Below are positions 1 through 10,944 of a stretch of 32,000 nt of DNA, piece after piece. Source of the DNA: Paracoccus suum (GTDB lineage Bacteria; Pseudomonadota; Alphaproteobacteria; Rhodobacterales; Rhodobacteraceae). The stretch's first letter is position 1. Every line of letters begins with the position of its first letter. The notes beneath the pieces were generated by a model. That model saw nothing but the letters and a program-made list of their open reading frames with translations, was not told where the DNA came from and made no database searches. The stretch spans positions 1,680,001 through 1,712,000 of the forward strand of contig NZ_CP030918.1 of assembly GCF_003324675.1 (NCBI RefSeq), read 5' to 3'. The position numbers and the translations under genes are program-made.

Positions 1-48
1 CCGCCGCGCCCGCGCCGGCCAACTGATCCCGCGAAAGGACCGCGACCG

Positions 49-1389
49 ATGACCCGACCGGATACCCTGCGCCGCCCCTTTGCCGTGCTGTTGGCCCTTG
101 GTCTGACGACGGCCCTGGTGGCCTGCGACCGCGAGGTCATCTTGCAAGGTCAGCGCGAAGACCCGCGCTCTGTCCTCAGCCCCGACGGCCCGGCGATCGA
201 GGGCGATGCCGCCCCGACCACGGCGGCGCTGCGCCTGCCCGGCGTGCGCGGCAATGCCGAGTGGACCCATCGCAGCGGCTCGGCGAGCCACGTCAGCGGC
301 AACGAGGCCCTCAGCGGCGGCACGCAGCGCATCTGGTCGAATAATGTCGGCCAGCCGGTCGGTCTGCCTCACCGAATCACTGCCGATCCGATTGTCGGAG
401 GCGGGCTGATCTACACCCTCGACAGCCGCGCGCGCGTGACTGCCACCGCCACCAACGGCGGCACGGCATGGAGCGTGGACCTGAAGCCGCCGCTGGAAAC
501 TGGCGACAGCGCTTCGGGCGGGGGCATCGCCTATGCCGCCGGGCGCGTGTTCGTCACCAGCGAATATGGCGAACTCGTTGCCCTGGACGCCCGCTCGGGC
601 GGGGTGCTGTGGCGCCAAAAGGTGGATGCGCCGATCTCGGGCGCGCCGACGGTCGAGGGCGGACGCGTGTTCGTGACCGGCCGCGATGCGACGGCCTGGG
701 CCATTGACGTCGCCGACGGCAAGGTGCTGTGGACCACGGCAGGCACGCGCGACATCGCCGGCTGGATGGGCGTGTCCGCCCCGGCGGTCGACGGCGATCT
801 GGTCGTCTTTCCTTTCGCCTCGGGCCAGTTGCTGGCGGTGGACGCGGCCTCGGGGCAGCCGCGCTGGTCGGCCAACGTCGCGGGGCGCCGTCCGGGCCGC
901 GCCATCAGCGCAATCCGCGACCTGACCGGCGATCCGGTCATCACCGGCAACCTCGTCATCGCCGGCTCTTCCGCTGGGCGGATCGGGGCCTTTGACCGTA
1001 TCACCGGCGCCCCTGTCTGGAGCGCGCGCGAAGGTGCGATGAGCCCTGTCCTCGCGGTCGGCAATGCCGTCTTCGCGGTCACCGACGAAAGCCAGCTGGT
1101 GCGCCTCGACATCGCCAATGGCGGCCGCGTCTGGGCGGTCCCGCTGCCCGAATTCACCGATAACCGGCCGAAAAAGCAGGACCGTGTCTGGGCCCATTAT
1201 GGCCCGATATTGGCCGGCGGCCGCCTTTATCTTGCTTCGACCGACGGCGCGCTGCGCGTGTTCGACCCGGCTAGCGGCGCGCTGATCGGGCAGGGCGCGA
1301 TCCCCGGCGGTGCGGGTACTGCGCCTGTGGTCGCCGGCCAGACCCTTTATGTCACGGGCCGCAACGGCCAGTTGCACGCCTTCCGCTGA
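49..1389 (+). CDS. bamB: Outer-membrane assembly lipoprotein BamB-like, a PQQ-type beta-propeller repeat protein
   Basis: 446-aa ORF. The N-terminus has a lipoprotein signal with lipobox LVAC. Gly/Trp-rich propeller repeats recur (GGxVxA.D..tG...W). It lies immediately upstream of der, with TGATG stop/start overlap at 1387-1391, which is the classical bamB-der synteny. Confidence 0.8.
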   Translation: MTRPDTLRRPFAVLLALGLTTALVACDREVILQGQREDPRSVLSPDGPAIEGDAAPTTAALRLPGVRGNAEWTHRSGSASHVSGNEALSGGTQRIWSNNVGQPVGLPHRITADPIVGGGLIYTLDSRARVTATATNGGTAWSVDLKPPLETGDSASGGGIAYAAGRVFVTSEYGELVALDARSGGVLWRQKVDAPISGAPTVEGGRVFVTGRDATAWAIDVADGKVLWTTAGTRDIAGWMGVSAPAVDGDLVVFPFASGQLLAVDAASGQPRWSANVAGRRPGRAISAIRDLTGDPVITGNLVIAGSSAGRIGAFDRITGAPVWSAREGAMSPVLAVGNAVFAVTDESQLVRLDIANGGRVWAVPLPEFTDNRPKKQDRVWAHYGPILAGGRLYLASTDGALRVFDPASGALIGQGAIPGGAGTAPVVAGQTLYVTGRNGQLHAFR

Positions 1390-2864
1390 TGTTCACACTC
1401 GCGATTGTTGGCCGTCCGAACGTCGGAAAATCGACCCTGTTCAACCGCCTCGTGGGCAAACGCCTGGCGCTGGTCGACGACCAGCCGGGCGTCACCCGCG
1501 ATCTGCGCGAGGGGCAGGCGCGGCTGGGCGATTTGCGCTTCATCGTGATCGACAGCGCCGGCCTGGAGATGGCGGACGACGAGAGCCTGCAAGGCCGGAT
1601 GCGCCGCCTGACCGAGCGCGCGGTGGACGAGGCCGACATCTGCCTGTTCGTCCTCGACGGCCGGGTCGGGGTCACGGCAGCCGACGAATATTTCGCTGAA
1701 CTGCTGCGCAAGCGGGCCAAGCACATCATCCTCGCGGTCAACAAGGCCGAGGGCCGGGCTGGTGAGGCGGGGGCGATGGAGGCCTTCAGCCTCGGACTGG
1801 GCGAGCCCTTGCGCCTGTCGGCCGAGCATGGCGAGGGGATGGACGACCTCTACCGCACGCTGCTGCCGCTGGCGGATGTCCTGGCGGCCGAGCGGCCCGA
1901 TACCGCCCCCGCGACAGACGTCGATCTGCCTGAGGATTTCGAGGAAGACGACACCGAGGCCGAGGATTGGCGCCCGTCCGCCGACCGGCCGCTGCAGATC
2001 GCCGTCATTGGCCGTCCCAACGCGGGCAAGTCGACCCTGATCAACAAGATCATCGGCGAGGATCGCCTGCTGACCGGCCCCGAAGCCGGGATCACCCGCG
2101 ATGCGATCAGCGTCGGCGCCGATTTCATGGGCACGCCGATCCGCATCTTTGACACCGCCGGGATGCGCAAGAAGGCGCGCGTGACGGACAAGGTCGAAAA
2201 GCTGTCGGTTGCCGACGGCCTGCGCGCGGTCCGCTTTGCCGAGGTGGTGGTGGTCCTGCTGGACGTCGCCATCCCGTTCGAGCAGCAGGACCTGCGGATC
2301 GCCGATTACGCCGAGAGCGAGGGCCGCGCGGTGGTCGTCGCCGCCAACAAATGGGACTTGGAAGAGGACAAGCCGCACAAGCTGAACGAGCTGCGCGAGG
2401 CGTTCGAGCGGCTGCTGCCGCAGCTCAAGGGCGCTCCGCTGGTGACCGTCAGCGCGCAGACGGGCAAGGGCCTCGACCGGCTGCACGCGGCGATCCTGAA
2501 GGCACATGAGGTGTGGAACCGCCGCATCTCGACCGCGAAGCTGAACCAGTGGCTGTCGGCCATGACCGAGGCTCATCCGCCACCGGCGCCCGGCGGCCGG
2601 CGCATCCGCTTGCGTTACATGACCCAGGTCAAGACCCGCCCGCCCGCCTTTGTGGTGATGGCAACGCATACCGACCAGATCCCGGAAAGCTACGGGCGGT
2701 ATCTGGTCAACGGTTTGCGGGCGGACTTCGATATGCCTGGCACGCCGATCCGGCTGATCTTTCGCGATCAGGGCACCAAAAACCCCTACAAGGACCGCCG
2801 CACGGTCGAGCGGCCCAAGGGCGCGCTTCACAAGCACAAGACCCGCGGCAAGCCCAAGGAATAG
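1389..2864 (+). CDS. der: Ribosome-biogenesis GTPase Der (EngA), with two tandem GTPase domains
   Basis: There are two P-loops, [12 protein letters not shown] and [12 protein letters not shown], each followed by a GxTRD motif and NKxD motifs. An acidic linker separates the domains and the C-terminus is a basic KH-like tail. Confidence 0.95.
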   Translation: MFTLAIVGRPNVGKSTLFNRLVGKRLALVDDQPGVTRDLREGQARLGDLRFIVIDSAGLEMADDESLQGRMRRLTERAVDEADICLFVLDGRVGVTAADEYFAELLRKRAKHIILAVNKAEGRAGEAGAMEAFSLGLGEPLRLSAEHGEGMDDLYRTLLPLADVLAAERPDTAPATDVDLPEDFEEDDTEAEDWRPSADRPLQIAVIGRPNAGKSTLINKIIGEDRLLTGPEAGITRDAISVGADFMGTPIRIFDTAGMRKKARVTDKVEKLSVADGLRAVRFAEVVVVLLDVAIPFEQQDLRIADYAESEGRAVVVAANKWDLEEDKPHKLNELREAFERLLPQLKGAPLVTVSAQTGKGLDRLHAAILKAHEVWNRRISTAKLNQWLSAMTEAHPPPAPGGRRIRLRYMTQVKTRPPAFVVMATHTDQIPESYGRYLVNGLRADFDMPGTPIRLIFRDQGTKNPYKDRRTVERPKGALHKHKTRGKPKE

Positions 2865-2888
2865 AGCGCGGGCCGGCATCCGGCGCGT

Positions 2889-3662
2889 TCAGGACATGAC
2901 GCGCACCAACACCGCGACGAGGGCCGCGATGGCGATAATCGCGGCGGTGGCGACGGTCAGTTCCGTCTGCATGGCATTGGCTGCGGTGCCGATCAGTGCC
3001 CAGATCACCGCAAAGCTGAACCCGACCGAGCCGCCTAGGCGCAACTGTACCTCGGCCGCGCTGGCCATCATCAACAGCACTGACACGATCGCCGCCAGCC
3101 CGGCTGACATGCCGAGGTCGGACACGAGGATCGCGGCAAAGCCGGCGTAAAGCCCGACCATCGCCCATCCCGCGAACACGTCCGCACCGCCGCGCAGCGT
3201 CACGTGGTGGGCAGAGTGTCTGCGGCTGAGCGAATGCCACAGGCTGGCGGCGACCATCACCCCCGAAAGGATCAGTCCGGCGATTCGGCCCTCCTGCTCG
3301 GCTACCCAAGGCCAGGCGGCACCGGCGAGCAGCGCGATGACGAACGGCAGATGCACCGACAGGCGATTCTCGCGCAGCGGCATGGCATGGGTGCGCGGGC
3401 CGGTGCGGCGCGAAATCTCGGCCAGAAGGCAACGCAGGGCGTGCAATCCGACCGCGAGCCAGACGCCGGCGAGCAGTATTTTCAGCGCGATTCCTGTAGG
3501 CCGTGCCATTCCCGGGGCCGGCCCCGCTGCCTCGCCCAACAGATCCGGCAGCATGACCGAGAACCTCTGGAACGATAGCGCCGGCGCGACCGCAAAGCCG
3601 ATCGAGCTTGCTAGGAAGATGACCGAAGCCACCACGAGCATGAGAACGCCAGCCCACCGCAT
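2889..3662 (-). CDS. Hypothetical polytopic inner-membrane protein, family not recognised
   Basis: The ORF is open from 2889 to 3761. I prefer the internal ATG at 3662 (MRWAGVLMLVVASVIFL...) because the 33 residues upstream are Arg-rich and non-hydrophobic. The rest is a series of hydrophobic segments consistent with about 7-8 TM helices. The alternative start is 3761. Confidence 0.55.
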   Translation of the reverse strand: MRWAGVLMLVVASVIFLASSIGFAVAPALSFQRFSVMLPDLLGEAAGPAPGMARPTGIALKILLAGVWLAVGLHALRCLLAEISRRTGPRTHAMPLRENRLSVHLPFVIALLAGAAWPWVAEQEGRIAGLILSGVMVAASLWHSLSRRHSAHHVTLRGGADVFAGWAMVGLYAGFAAILVSDLGMSAGLAAIVSVLLMMASAAEVQLRLGGSVGFSFAVIWALIGTAANAMQTELTVATAAIIAIAALVAVLVRVMS

Positions 3663-3834
3663 TACCCCGAACGCGCCTGCGTGAGGGATGGTTCGGCGCG
3701 ACAATCTCACGTCGCCGTGGAAAGTGCTGCGACCGCCGGGCGATCCGCCAACCCGGCGCACGCCCGTGGAAAATCCCTCACCGCAAGGTTGCGCGGGTTC
3801 AACCTGCGCAACCGGATGAGCGGCACGCCGCCCC

Positions 3835-5127
3835 CTAGGCCAGCGTGCCGTCCACCGTCAGCGTCAGCCGGCCGCCAAGCCAGGGGGCCAGCGCCTCGGG
3901 CAGGATCACCGATCCGTCGGCCTGCTGGCCGTTCTCCAGCACCGCGATCAGGGTGCGGCCGACTGCGAGGCCCGAGCCGTTCAGCGTGTGCACGAACTCG
4001 GGCTTGCCGCCGCCCTCGGGGCGATAGCGGGCGTTCATCCGCCGGGCCTGGAAATCGCCGACATAGCTGATGCTGCTGATCTCGCGATAGCGGTTCTGGC
4101 CCGGCAGCCAGACCTCGATGTCATGCGTTATGCGCGCGCCAAAGCCCATGTCGCCGGCGCAGAGCACGACGGTCCGATAGGGCAGGCCCAGACCCTCCAA
4201 CACCGCCTCGGCGCAGGCGGTCATCCGGGCGTGCTCGGCTTCGCCCGTCGCGGCATCGGTGATCGAGACCATCTCGACCTTCTCGAACTGGTGCTGCCGC
4301 AGCATTCCTGCGGTGTCGCGCCCGGCGCTGCCCGCTTCGGAGCGAAAGCACTGGGTGTCGGCGACATAGCGCAGCGGCAGTTGCGCTGCCTCCAGCGTCT
4401 GGCCGGCGACGGTATTGGTCAGCGTCACCTCGGCCGTCGGAATCAGCCACCATCCCTCGCGAGTCTGATAGCTGTCCTCGGCGAACTTCGGCAGCTGGCC
4501 GGTGCCGTACATCGCCTCTGGCAGGACCAGGACCGGCGACCAGACCTCGGTCAACCCGTGCTGGTCGACATGCAGGTCAGTCATGTACTGCGCCAGCGCC
4601 CGGTGGATGCGGGCCACGGCTCCGCGCAACATCACGAACCGCGTGCCGGACAGGCGAGCAGCGGTTTCAAAATCCATTCCGGGCTTTACGCCGGGAATCT
4701 CGAAATGTTCCAGCGGCGTGAAGGCTTGGTTGTGCAGGGCGCCCCAGCGCTTGATCTCCACATTGGCGGTCTCGTCGGCGCCGTCGGGAACGCGCGGCAG
4801 CGGGCTGTTCGGTAGCTCCATCAGGGCGTCGCGCAACTCGCGGTCCAGCGCCTCGGCCTCGGCCATGGCGGTTGCGACCTCGGCCTTGCGGGCGGCTACG
4901 GAATCGCGCGCCGCGGCAAAGGCGGCGTCGTCGCCGCGACCCTTGGCGGCCCCCGCCTCGCGGCTGAGCCGGTTCTGGTCGGCCTGCGCTGTCTCGGCCG
5001 AGGCGATACGCGCCCGGCGCGCGGCGTCCAGTGCCAGCAGCGGGCACGATTGCGGCGGCAGTCCCCGCCGGGCGAGCGCCGCGTCAAAGGCGTCGGGATT
5101 GTCGCGGATGGCGCGAATGTCGTGCAT
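3835..5127 (-). CDS. serS: Seryl-tRNA synthetase
   Basis: Begins [23 protein letters not shown] and has a coiled-coil tRNA-binding arm followed by class II motifs ([41 protein letters not shown]). The start is placed at ATG 5127 with GGAGG about 6 nt upstream. The 136-codon extension in the track ORF (to 5535) has no homology signal. Confidence 0.95.
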   Translation of the reverse strand: MHDIRAIRDNPDAFDAALARRGLPPQSCPLLALDAARRARIASAETAQADQNRLSREAGAAKGRGDDAAFAAARDSVAARKAEVATAMAEAEALDRELRDALMELPNSPLPRVPDGADETANVEIKRWGALHNQAFTPLEHFEIPGVKPGMDFETAARLSGTRFVMLRGAVARIHRALAQYMTDLHVDQHGLTEVWSPVLVLPEAMYGTGQLPKFAEDSYQTREGWWLIPTAEVTLTNTVAGQTLEAAQLPLRYVADTQCFRSEAGSAGRDTAGMLRQHQFEKVEMVSITDAATGEAEHARMTACAEAVLEGLGLPYRTVVLCAGDMGFGARITHDIEVWLPGQNRYREISSISYVGDFQARRMNARYRPEGGGKPEFVHTLNGSGLAVGRTLIAVLENGQQADGSVILPEALAPWLGGRLTLTVDGTLA

Positions 5128-5272
5128 GGATGCCTCCGGGGTCGAACCCGGCGAGGGGTAGCGCATGCTTCCCGGCTGGAAAAGGGTGCGTGGCGCCAGA
5201 TTTTCTGCGCGGCCAGAGGTTTGATGCGCGCCTCCCCTTGCCCCCGTCAGCGGCCTGCGGCAGGTCGGCGAC

Positions 5273-6184
5273 ATGGCGCAAGCACCCCAGACCCCCCGCA
5301 ATGACCTTATCGGTGTCGGCTGGATGCTCGCCACCGGCCTGACCTTCGTGGCCATGAACGGCATTGTGCGCCATCTCGGCACCGGATTGCCGGCCGCCGA
5401 GAACGCGTTCCTACGCTTTGCCTTTGGCCTGCCGCTGTTCCTACCCACGCTGATCCCGGCGCTGCGCCGCGGCTTTCCCCGTGACCTCTGGGCCGGCTTT
5501 GCGCTGCGCGGGGCACTGCACTGCCTTGGCGTCATCGGGTGGTTCTACGCGATGGCGCATATTTCGCTCGCCGAGGTGACGGCCATTGGCTACGTCAACC
5601 CCGTCCTCGTCACCATCGGCGCCGCGCTGTTGATGGGCGAGCGGCTGAGTTGGCGGCGCATGGTGGCGATCGGGGTGGCGCTGGTCGGCATGCTGATCGT
5701 GCTGCGGCCCGGCCTGCGGGCGCTGGGCAGCGGCCATCTGGCGCAGCTCTGCGCGGCGGCGATGTTCGCCGCGAGCTATCTGATCGCAAAGCGGCTGGTC
5801 GAGCGCACCTCGCCCGCAGTCGCCGTGGCGATGATGACCGCCACGGTCACGCTGGCGCTTGCGCCGATTGCCGCCGCCGTCTGGGTGCCGCCGGAACCGT
5901 GGCACTACCGATGGCTGCTGCTGGCGGCAGGAATGGGCAGCCTCGGCCATTACTTCATGGCTCGGGCCTTTGCCGTGGCGCCAATGACGGTGACGCAACC
6001 GGTCACCTTCCTGCAACTGATCTGGGCCAGCCTGCTGGGCACGATTGTGTTTGGCGATCAGGTGGACCTGTTCGTGATCCTCGGCGGGGGGCTGATGATC
6101 GGCGCGGTCAGCTACATCACCTGGCGCGAGGCGGCGCGGCGCAGCCCCATCACGCCGCCGATCGACGTTGCCAAGGGCGCCTGA
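5273..6184 (+). CDS. DMT superfamily (EamA-like) permease
   Basis: 303 aa with about 10 hydrophobic segments arranged as two EamA-like halves. This is the typical length and composition of RhaT/EamA transporters. Confidence 0.8.
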   Translation: MAQAPQTPRNDLIGVGWMLATGLTFVAMNGIVRHLGTGLPAAENAFLRFAFGLPLFLPTLIPALRRGFPRDLWAGFALRGALHCLGVIGWFYAMAHISLAEVTAIGYVNPVLVTIGAALLMGERLSWRRMVAIGVALVGMLIVLRPGLRALGSGHLAQLCAAAMFAASYLIAKRLVERTSPAVAVAMMTATVTLALAPIAAAVWVPPEPWHYRWLLLAAGMGSLGHYFMARAFAVAPMTVTQPVTFLQLIWASLLGTIVFGDQVDLFVILGGGLMIGAVSYITWREAARRSPITPPIDVAKGA

Positions 6185-6200
6185 GGCGCCGCGGGGCGCC

Positions 6201-7880
6201 CTAGCGCTGCGCCACCCGCCAATCCTGCGGCATCTCCGGGCCCAGGTTCGAAGGCGCCAGCATGCCGCGGCCAAGAATATGATCGGCGACCTTTTCCCCG
6301 ACCATGATCGACGGCCCGTTCAGGTTGCCATTGGTGACCCGCGGAAAGACCGAGCTGTCGGCCACCCGCAGCCCCTCGACGCCGATCACCCGCGCTTCGG
6401 GGTCAACGACCGCCAGCGGATCGCTGACGGCTCCCATGCGGGCCGTGCCGCAGGGGTGATAGGCGCTCTCGACATGCTGGCGCAGGAAATCGTCCAGCGC
6501 TGCATCGCTCTGCAGATTTTCCCCCGGCTGGATCTCGCCGCCCATGAAGGGCGCCATTGCCGGCTGGCCCATGATCTCGCGCGTCAGGCGGATGGCGCGG
6601 CGAAAATCGCGCCAGTCGTCCTCATGGCTCATGTAGTTGAAGCGGATCTCGGGCGCGGATTCGGGGGCTGGGCCTGACAGGCGTACGGTGCCGCGCGACT
6701 TGGACCGCATGGGGCCGACATGGGCCTGGAACCCATGACCCACGGCTGCCGCCTTGCCGTCATAGCGCACGGCAAGCGGCAGGAAATGATACTGGATGTC
6801 GGGATACTCGACCCCTGCGGCCGAGCGGATGAAGCCGCAGGCCTCGAACTGATTCGACGCGCCGAGCCCACGTCCCGTGGCCAGCCATTGCGCGCCGATG
6901 CGGGCCTTGCCCCACAGGTTCCAGTGCTTGAACAGCGTCACCGGCTGGCTGGCGGCGAACTGCATGTATATTTCCAGATGGTCCTGCAGGTTGCCGCCGA
7001 CCCCCGCGCGGTCGGCCAGAACCGGGATGCCATGCGCCGCCAGATGCGCCGCCGGGCCGATGCCCGACAGCATCAGCAGCTTGGGGGTGTTGATCGACGA
7101 GGCCGAAAGGATCACCTCACGCCCGGCCTTGATCCGGCCGCCCCCGGCCATCGCGATCCCAGTGGCACGCCGGCCGTCGAAGGTGACGCGCGCCGCGAAG
7201 CCGCGGATCACCCGCAGCCGACCGGTCTTTTGCGCCGGGCGCAGATAGGCATTGGCGGCGGACCAGCGGCGGCCCTGCCAGATGGTCGCCTCCATGGGAC
7301 CGAACCCCTCCTGCCGGGCGCCGTTGTAATCGTCGGTGACGGCGTAGCCGGCCTCGGCCCCGGCGGCGATAAAGGCGTTGAACAGCGGATTACTGCGCGG
7401 CCCGCGCGTAACGTGCAGTGGCCCGCTGCGGCCGCGATAGGCGGCGTCGGGCGCGTCCTCGGGGCCGTGCCAACTCTCCATGCGCTGGAAATAGGGCAAC
7501 ACGTCGGCATAACCCCAGCCGGCCGCGCCGACCTCGGCCCAGTGGTCGTAATCCCGCGCATGGCCGCGGACATAGACCATGCCGTTGATCGAGGACGAGC
7601 CGCCCAGCACCCTGCCGCGCGGCGTCGCAAGGCGTCGGCCGCCCAGATGCGGCTCGGGCTGGGACTGAAAGCCCCAGTCATAGATGCGCATGTTCATCGG
7701 ATAGCTCAGCGCCGCCGGCATCCGGATGAAGGGGCCAGCGTCGCTGCCACCCGCCTCGATCAGGGCGACGGTGTGGCCGGCCTCGGTCAGGCGATAAGCC
7801 AGCGCGCAGCCGCCCGATCCCGCGCCGACGATGACGTAGTCGGCCGAGACATCGGCGCGGGGCTGAAATCCGGCGCTCAT
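6201..7880 (-). CDS. betA: Choline dehydrogenase (GMC oxidoreductase)
   Basis: N-terminal FAD fold [20 protein letters not shown] and GMC signature [14 protein letters not shown]. The C-terminus carries the active-site region HPCGTARMG. It is last in the betI-betB-betA operon, with ATGA overlap to betB at 7877-7880. Confidence 0.95.
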   Translation of the reverse strand: MSAGFQPRADVSADYVIVGAGSGGCALAYRLTEAGHTVALIEAGGSDAGPFIRMPAALSYPMNMRIYDWGFQSQPEPHLGGRRLATPRGRVLGGSSSINGMVYVRGHARDYDHWAEVGAAGWGYADVLPYFQRMESWHGPEDAPDAAYRGRSGPLHVTRGPRSNPLFNAFIAAGAEAGYAVTDDYNGARQEGFGPMEATIWQGRRWSAANAYLRPAQKTGRLRVIRGFAARVTFDGRRATGIAMAGGGRIKAGREVILSASSINTPKLLMLSGIGPAAHLAAHGIPVLADRAGVGGNLQDHLEIYMQFAASQPVTLFKHWNLWGKARIGAQWLATGRGLGASNQFEACGFIRSAAGVEYPDIQYHFLPLAVRYDGKAAAVGHGFQAHVGPMRSKSRGTVRLSGPAPESAPEIRFNYMSHEDDWRDFRRAIRLTREIMGQPAMAPFMGGEIQPGENLQSDAALDDFLRQHVESAYHPCGTARMGAVSDPLAVVDPEARVIGVEGLRVADSSVFPRVTNGNLNGPSIMVGEKVADHILGRGMLAPSNLGPEMPQDWRVAQR

Positions 7881-9331
7881 ACCGGGGCCTCGACGCCGCC
7901 CATGCCGACATAGACGGTCTTGACCTGGCTGTAATGCTCGATCGCGGCGGCCGCGTTCTCGCGCCCGATGCCCGATTGCTTGACGCCGCCGAAGGGCATC
8001 TCGACCGGGGTCAGGTTATAGGCGTTGATCCAGACCGTGCCCGCCTCGAACCCGGCGGCGACGCGGTGGGCGCGGGCCAGATCGCGGGTAAAGACACCGG
8101 CGGCGAGGCCAAAGGGTAGGGCGTTCGCGCGCGCCAACGCCTCCTCTTCGGTGGTAAAGGTCAGCGCGGTCAGCACCGGGCCGAAGATCTCGCTGGTTGC
8201 GAGCGGATTGGCGTCATCGGCAACAAACACGGTGGGCGGCACGAAGGGTCCGTCGCCGGGGCCACCGCAGACCAACCGCGCGCCAGAGGCAATGCCGGCA
8301 TTGACCGCCGCACGCACCTTGGCCGCGTGCCCGGCCGAGACCAGCGGGCCGAGTTGCGTTGCCTCGTCGCGCGGATCGCCGGCGACAAGCTCGCCCGCTC
8401 GCGCGGCGAGGCGGTCCAGAAACCGCTCGGCGATACCCTCCTGGACGAAAACCCGCGTGCCGTTCGAGCAGACCTGTCCGGTCGAATAAAAATTCGCCAG
8501 GATCGCCGCGCCGACCGCATCCTCCAGATCGGCGTCGTCGAACACGATCAGCGGGGATTTTCCGCCCAGTTCCATCGTGACATGGCGCATGCCGCTGGCG
8601 GCCTCGGCATAGACCTTGCGTCCGGTCTCGACCGAACCGGTCAGCGAGACCTTGGCAATGCGCGGATCGCCCAGAAGTGCCGCGCCCAGATCGCGCCCGC
8701 CGTTCAGCACCTGGAAGACCCCGGGCGGCAGCCCGGCCTCGGCGAGAATTTCGGCCAGTTTCAACGCGCCGAGCGGCGTTTCCTCGGACGGCTTGAAGAC
8801 CATCGCGTTGCCCATCGCCAACGCAGGCGCGGCTTTCCAGCAGGCGATCTGGCTGGGATAGTTCCACGCGCCGATGCCGAGGCAGACGCCCAGCGCCTCG
8901 CGCCGGGTATAGGCCCAGTCGGTGCCCAAGGGGATGTGCTGGCCGGTGATCGCGGCGGCAAGGCCGCCAAAGAACTCCAGCGCATCCGCGCCGGAGGGCC
9001 AGTCGGCCACCCGCGTTTCCTGGATCGGCTTGCCGGTATCCAGCGTCTCAAGCTGTGCCAGCTCTTCGGCGCGGGCGCGAATCAGGCGCGCAGCCTCGGT
9101 CAGGATGCGGCCGCGCTCGACCGGACGGCGCGCCGCCCATTCAGGCTGCGCGCGGGCGGCAGCGGCGAGGGCGGCCTCAATCTGCGGGGCGGCGGCCTCA
9201 TTCAGGGTAGCGATGACGCTGGCATCATAGGGGAAGCGGACCTCCAACGCGGGTCCGGTGCCCTCGACGGCGCGGCCGTCGATCCAGTGGCTCGCCATTG
9301 GTTGAGCGATCATGTCACGGTCCGGTTTCAT
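7877..9331 (-). CDS. betB: Betaine-aldehyde dehydrogenase
   Basis: Aldehyde dehydrogenase motifs are present: ELGGKSP, the catalytic Cys context [16 protein letters not shown], and [13 protein letters not shown]. It lies between betI and betA and is translationally coupled at both ends. Confidence 0.95.
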   Translation of the reverse strand: MKPDRDMIAQPMASHWIDGRAVEGTGPALEVRFPYDASVIATLNEAAAPQIEAALAAAARAQPEWAARRPVERGRILTEAARLIRARAEELAQLETLDTGKPIQETRVADWPSGADALEFFGGLAAAITGQHIPLGTDWAYTRREALGVCLGIGAWNYPSQIACWKAAPALAMGNAMVFKPSEETPLGALKLAEILAEAGLPPGVFQVLNGGRDLGAALLGDPRIAKVSLTGSVETGRKVYAEAASGMRHVTMELGGKSPLIVFDDADLEDAVGAAILANFYSTGQVCSNGTRVFVQEGIAERFLDRLAARAGELVAGDPRDEATQLGPLVSAGHAAKVRAAVNAGIASGARLVCGGPGDGPFVPPTVFVADDANPLATSEIFGPVLTALTFTTEEEALARANALPFGLAAGVFTRDLARAHRVAAGFEAGTVWINAYNLTPVEMPFGGVKQSGIGRENAAAAIEHYSQVKTVYVGMGGVEAPV

Positions 9332-9900
9332 CAGCGCAGGGCCTCGTCGAGATAGTTGGCGCAGAGCGCCAGCGCGGCGCGGCTGTCGATTCGGTCGGGG
9401 CTGAGGGCGGCGCGCAGATAGACGCCGTCGATCAGCGCGCCCAGCGTCTCGGCAATCGCCTCGGGGCGCGGGGTCAGGGCCCGCAGGCTGGCGCGCAGGT
9501 TGGACCGCAGGCGGCCATGATAGACCCGCAGCAGGCGCCGCGCCTCGGGGTTGGTCTGCGCCAGCGTGTAAAAGTTCAGCCAGGCGGCAACGGTGTCCCG
9601 GCTGAAGTTTTCCGCGTCGAAACTGGCCTGCAAGACGGCGTCAAGGCGCGCGCGAGGCTGCGCCGCGCCCGTGCCGGCGCTGCGCACCGCGCGGCCGTAA
9701 TTCCCAAGGATATGACGCATGGCGGCCAGGAAGATCTGGTCCTTGGAGCCGAAATAGTGATGCGCCAGTGCCGGCGACATGCCCGCGCTGCGCGCGATTT
9801 GCGCGACGGTCACGTCGAGCGTGCCGGCGCGGCCCACAGCCTCGATCGCGGCATTGATCAATGCCGCCTTTCGGATAGGCTCGGCCCCAAGCTTGGGCAT
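9331..9900 (-). CDS. betI: TetR-family repressor BetI
   Basis: [23 protein letters not shown]...[28 protein letters not shown] is the BetI-type TetR helix-turn-helix. It is the first gene of the bet operon. The start is placed at ATG 9900, 11 codons inside the track ORF. Confidence 0.9.
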   Translation of the reverse strand: MPKLGAEPIRKAALINAAIEAVGRAGTLDVTVAQIARSAGMSPALAHHYFGSKDQIFLAAMRHILGNYGRAVRSAGTGAAQPRARLDAVLQASFDAENFSRDTVAAWLNFYTLAQTNPEARRLLRVYHGRLRSNLRASLRALTPRPEAIAETLGALIDGVYLRAALSPDRIDSRAALALCANYLDEALR

Positions 9901-9951
9901 GGACGTCGTTCCCTCGGGCAAAATTGGTTGCATTTCGCTGCTAGCGCGCCA

Positions 9952-9971
9952 TTGATTGGCGCGTCAATCAA
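9952..9971. promoter_or_regulatory. Candidate BetI operator in the divergent betI / choX promoter region
   Basis: Inverted repeat TTGATTG-GCGCGT-CAATCAA with perfect 7-bp arms. It is centred 30 nt upstream of the choX ATG and about 60 nt upstream of the betI ATG. From memory, the TTGATTGG half-site resembles the enterobacterial BetI operator core. Confidence 0.5.
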
Positions 9972-9990
9972 CAAAAACGTGGAGACTGGC

Positions 9991-10944
9991 ATGTCCCTTT
10001 CGCCCATCCGCCGCAAGATCGGCCTCGGCCTTGTCGCGCTCGCCGCCCTGGCTGGCCCCGCCGCGGCTGGCGATCCCGCGAGTTGCAAGAAGATCACCTT
10101 TGCCGATGTCGGCTGGTCCGACATCAGTGCCACGACCGGGCTTGCGACGACCGTGCTGAAGGCGCTGGGCTACGACACCGAGGTCAAGGTCCTGTCGGTT
10201 CCGGTGACCTACACGGGCCTGTCCACCGGCGATATCGACGTGTTCCTGGGCAACTGGATGCCGACGATGGAGGCGGACCTCAAACCCTATGCCGACTCCA
10301 AGACCGTCGACACGGTGCGGGTCAACCTGACCGGGGCGAAGTACACTCTGGCGACGAATGCCCCTGGCGCCGCGCTGGGACTGGATGACTTCAGCAAGAT
10401 CGCCGGCGCAAAGGATGCTCTGGGCGGCAAGATCTTCGGCATCGAGCCGGGTAATGACGGCAACCGCCTGCTGCTGGAAATGGTGGCGGACGACAAGTTC
10501 GGCCTCGGCGGGTTCGAGGTGGTCGAAAGCTCCGAGCAGGGGATGCTGGCGCAGGTGGCCCGCGCCGATCAGGAGGGCAAGCCGATTGTCTTCCTCGGGT
10601 GGGAGCCGCATCCGATGAATACGAAGTACAAGATGACTTACCTGGCCGGCGGCGACGAGGTGTTCGGCCCCAACCTCGGCGGCGCCGAGGTGCGCACCAA
10701 CACCCGTGCAGGTTATGTCTCGGAATGCCCCAATGTCGGCAAGTTCCTGCAAAACCTGGAATTCACCCTGCCGATGGAAAACACGGTCATGGGCAAGATC
10801 CTCGACGACGGGATGGACCCGGCCGCCGCTGCGACCGATTTCCTCAAGGCCGACCCAGGCGTTGCCGACGCCTGGCTAAAGGATGTCACGACGTTCGACG
10901 GTGGCGACGCGAAGGCCGCGCTGACCGCCGCGCTGGGGGGCTGA
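9991..10944 (+). CDS. choX: Choline / glycine-betaine ABC transporter periplasmic substrate-binding protein (ProX/OpuAC/ChoX family)
   Basis: Signal peptide MSLSPIRRKIGLGLVALAALAGPAAAG, then ITFADVGWSDISATTGLATTVLKALGYD, GNWMP and GWEPHPMN, which are typical of ProX-type binding proteins. GGAGA lies 6 nt upstream of ATG 9991. The substrate assignment to choline rests only on adjacency to betIBA. Confidence 0.85.
   Translation: MSLSPIRRKIGLGLVALAALAGPAAAGDPASCKKITFADVGWSDISATTGLATTVLKALGYDTEVKVLSVPVTYTGLSTGDIDVFLGNWMPTMEADLKPYADSKTVDTVRVNLTGAKYTLATNAPGAALGLDDFSKIAGAKDALGGKIFGIEPGNDGNRLLLEMVADDKFGLGGFEVVESSEQGMLAQVARADQEGKPIVFLGWEPHPMNTKYKMTYLAGGDEVFGPNLGGAEVRTNTRAGYVSECPNVGKFLQNLEFTLPMENTVMGKILDDGMDPAAAATDFLKADPGVADAWLKDVTTFDGGDAKAALTAALGG

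Noticed and set aside
1347-2879. Long antisense or out-of-frame ORFs opposite confirmed genes. Examples are 1347-2879(-), 11644-13107(-), 14684-16033(-), 16135-17289(+), 21535-23049(+), 25485-26930(-), 27535-28485(-), 29239-30021(-) and 31172-31804(-).
   Set aside because: Each lies fully opposite or overlapping a gene with unambiguous family motifs: der, choV, guaB, ugpC, znuA, the FAD oxidase, cobA, the Rieske oxygenase and metG. Their compositions are dominated by Arg, Gly, Ala and Pro, and none shows a recognisable domain.
3835-5535. N-terminal extensions of real genes in the ORF track: serS to 5535, choX from 9298, choW from 11003, choV from 11353, the OMP to 14687, guaB from 14336, znuB from 24391 and the Rieske gene from 29308.
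   Set aside because: In each case the family-typical N-terminus begins at an internal start, in most cases with a Shine-Dalgarno sequence at proper spacing. The upstream extension is Arg/Pro-rich and would overlap the neighbouring gene or promoter region.
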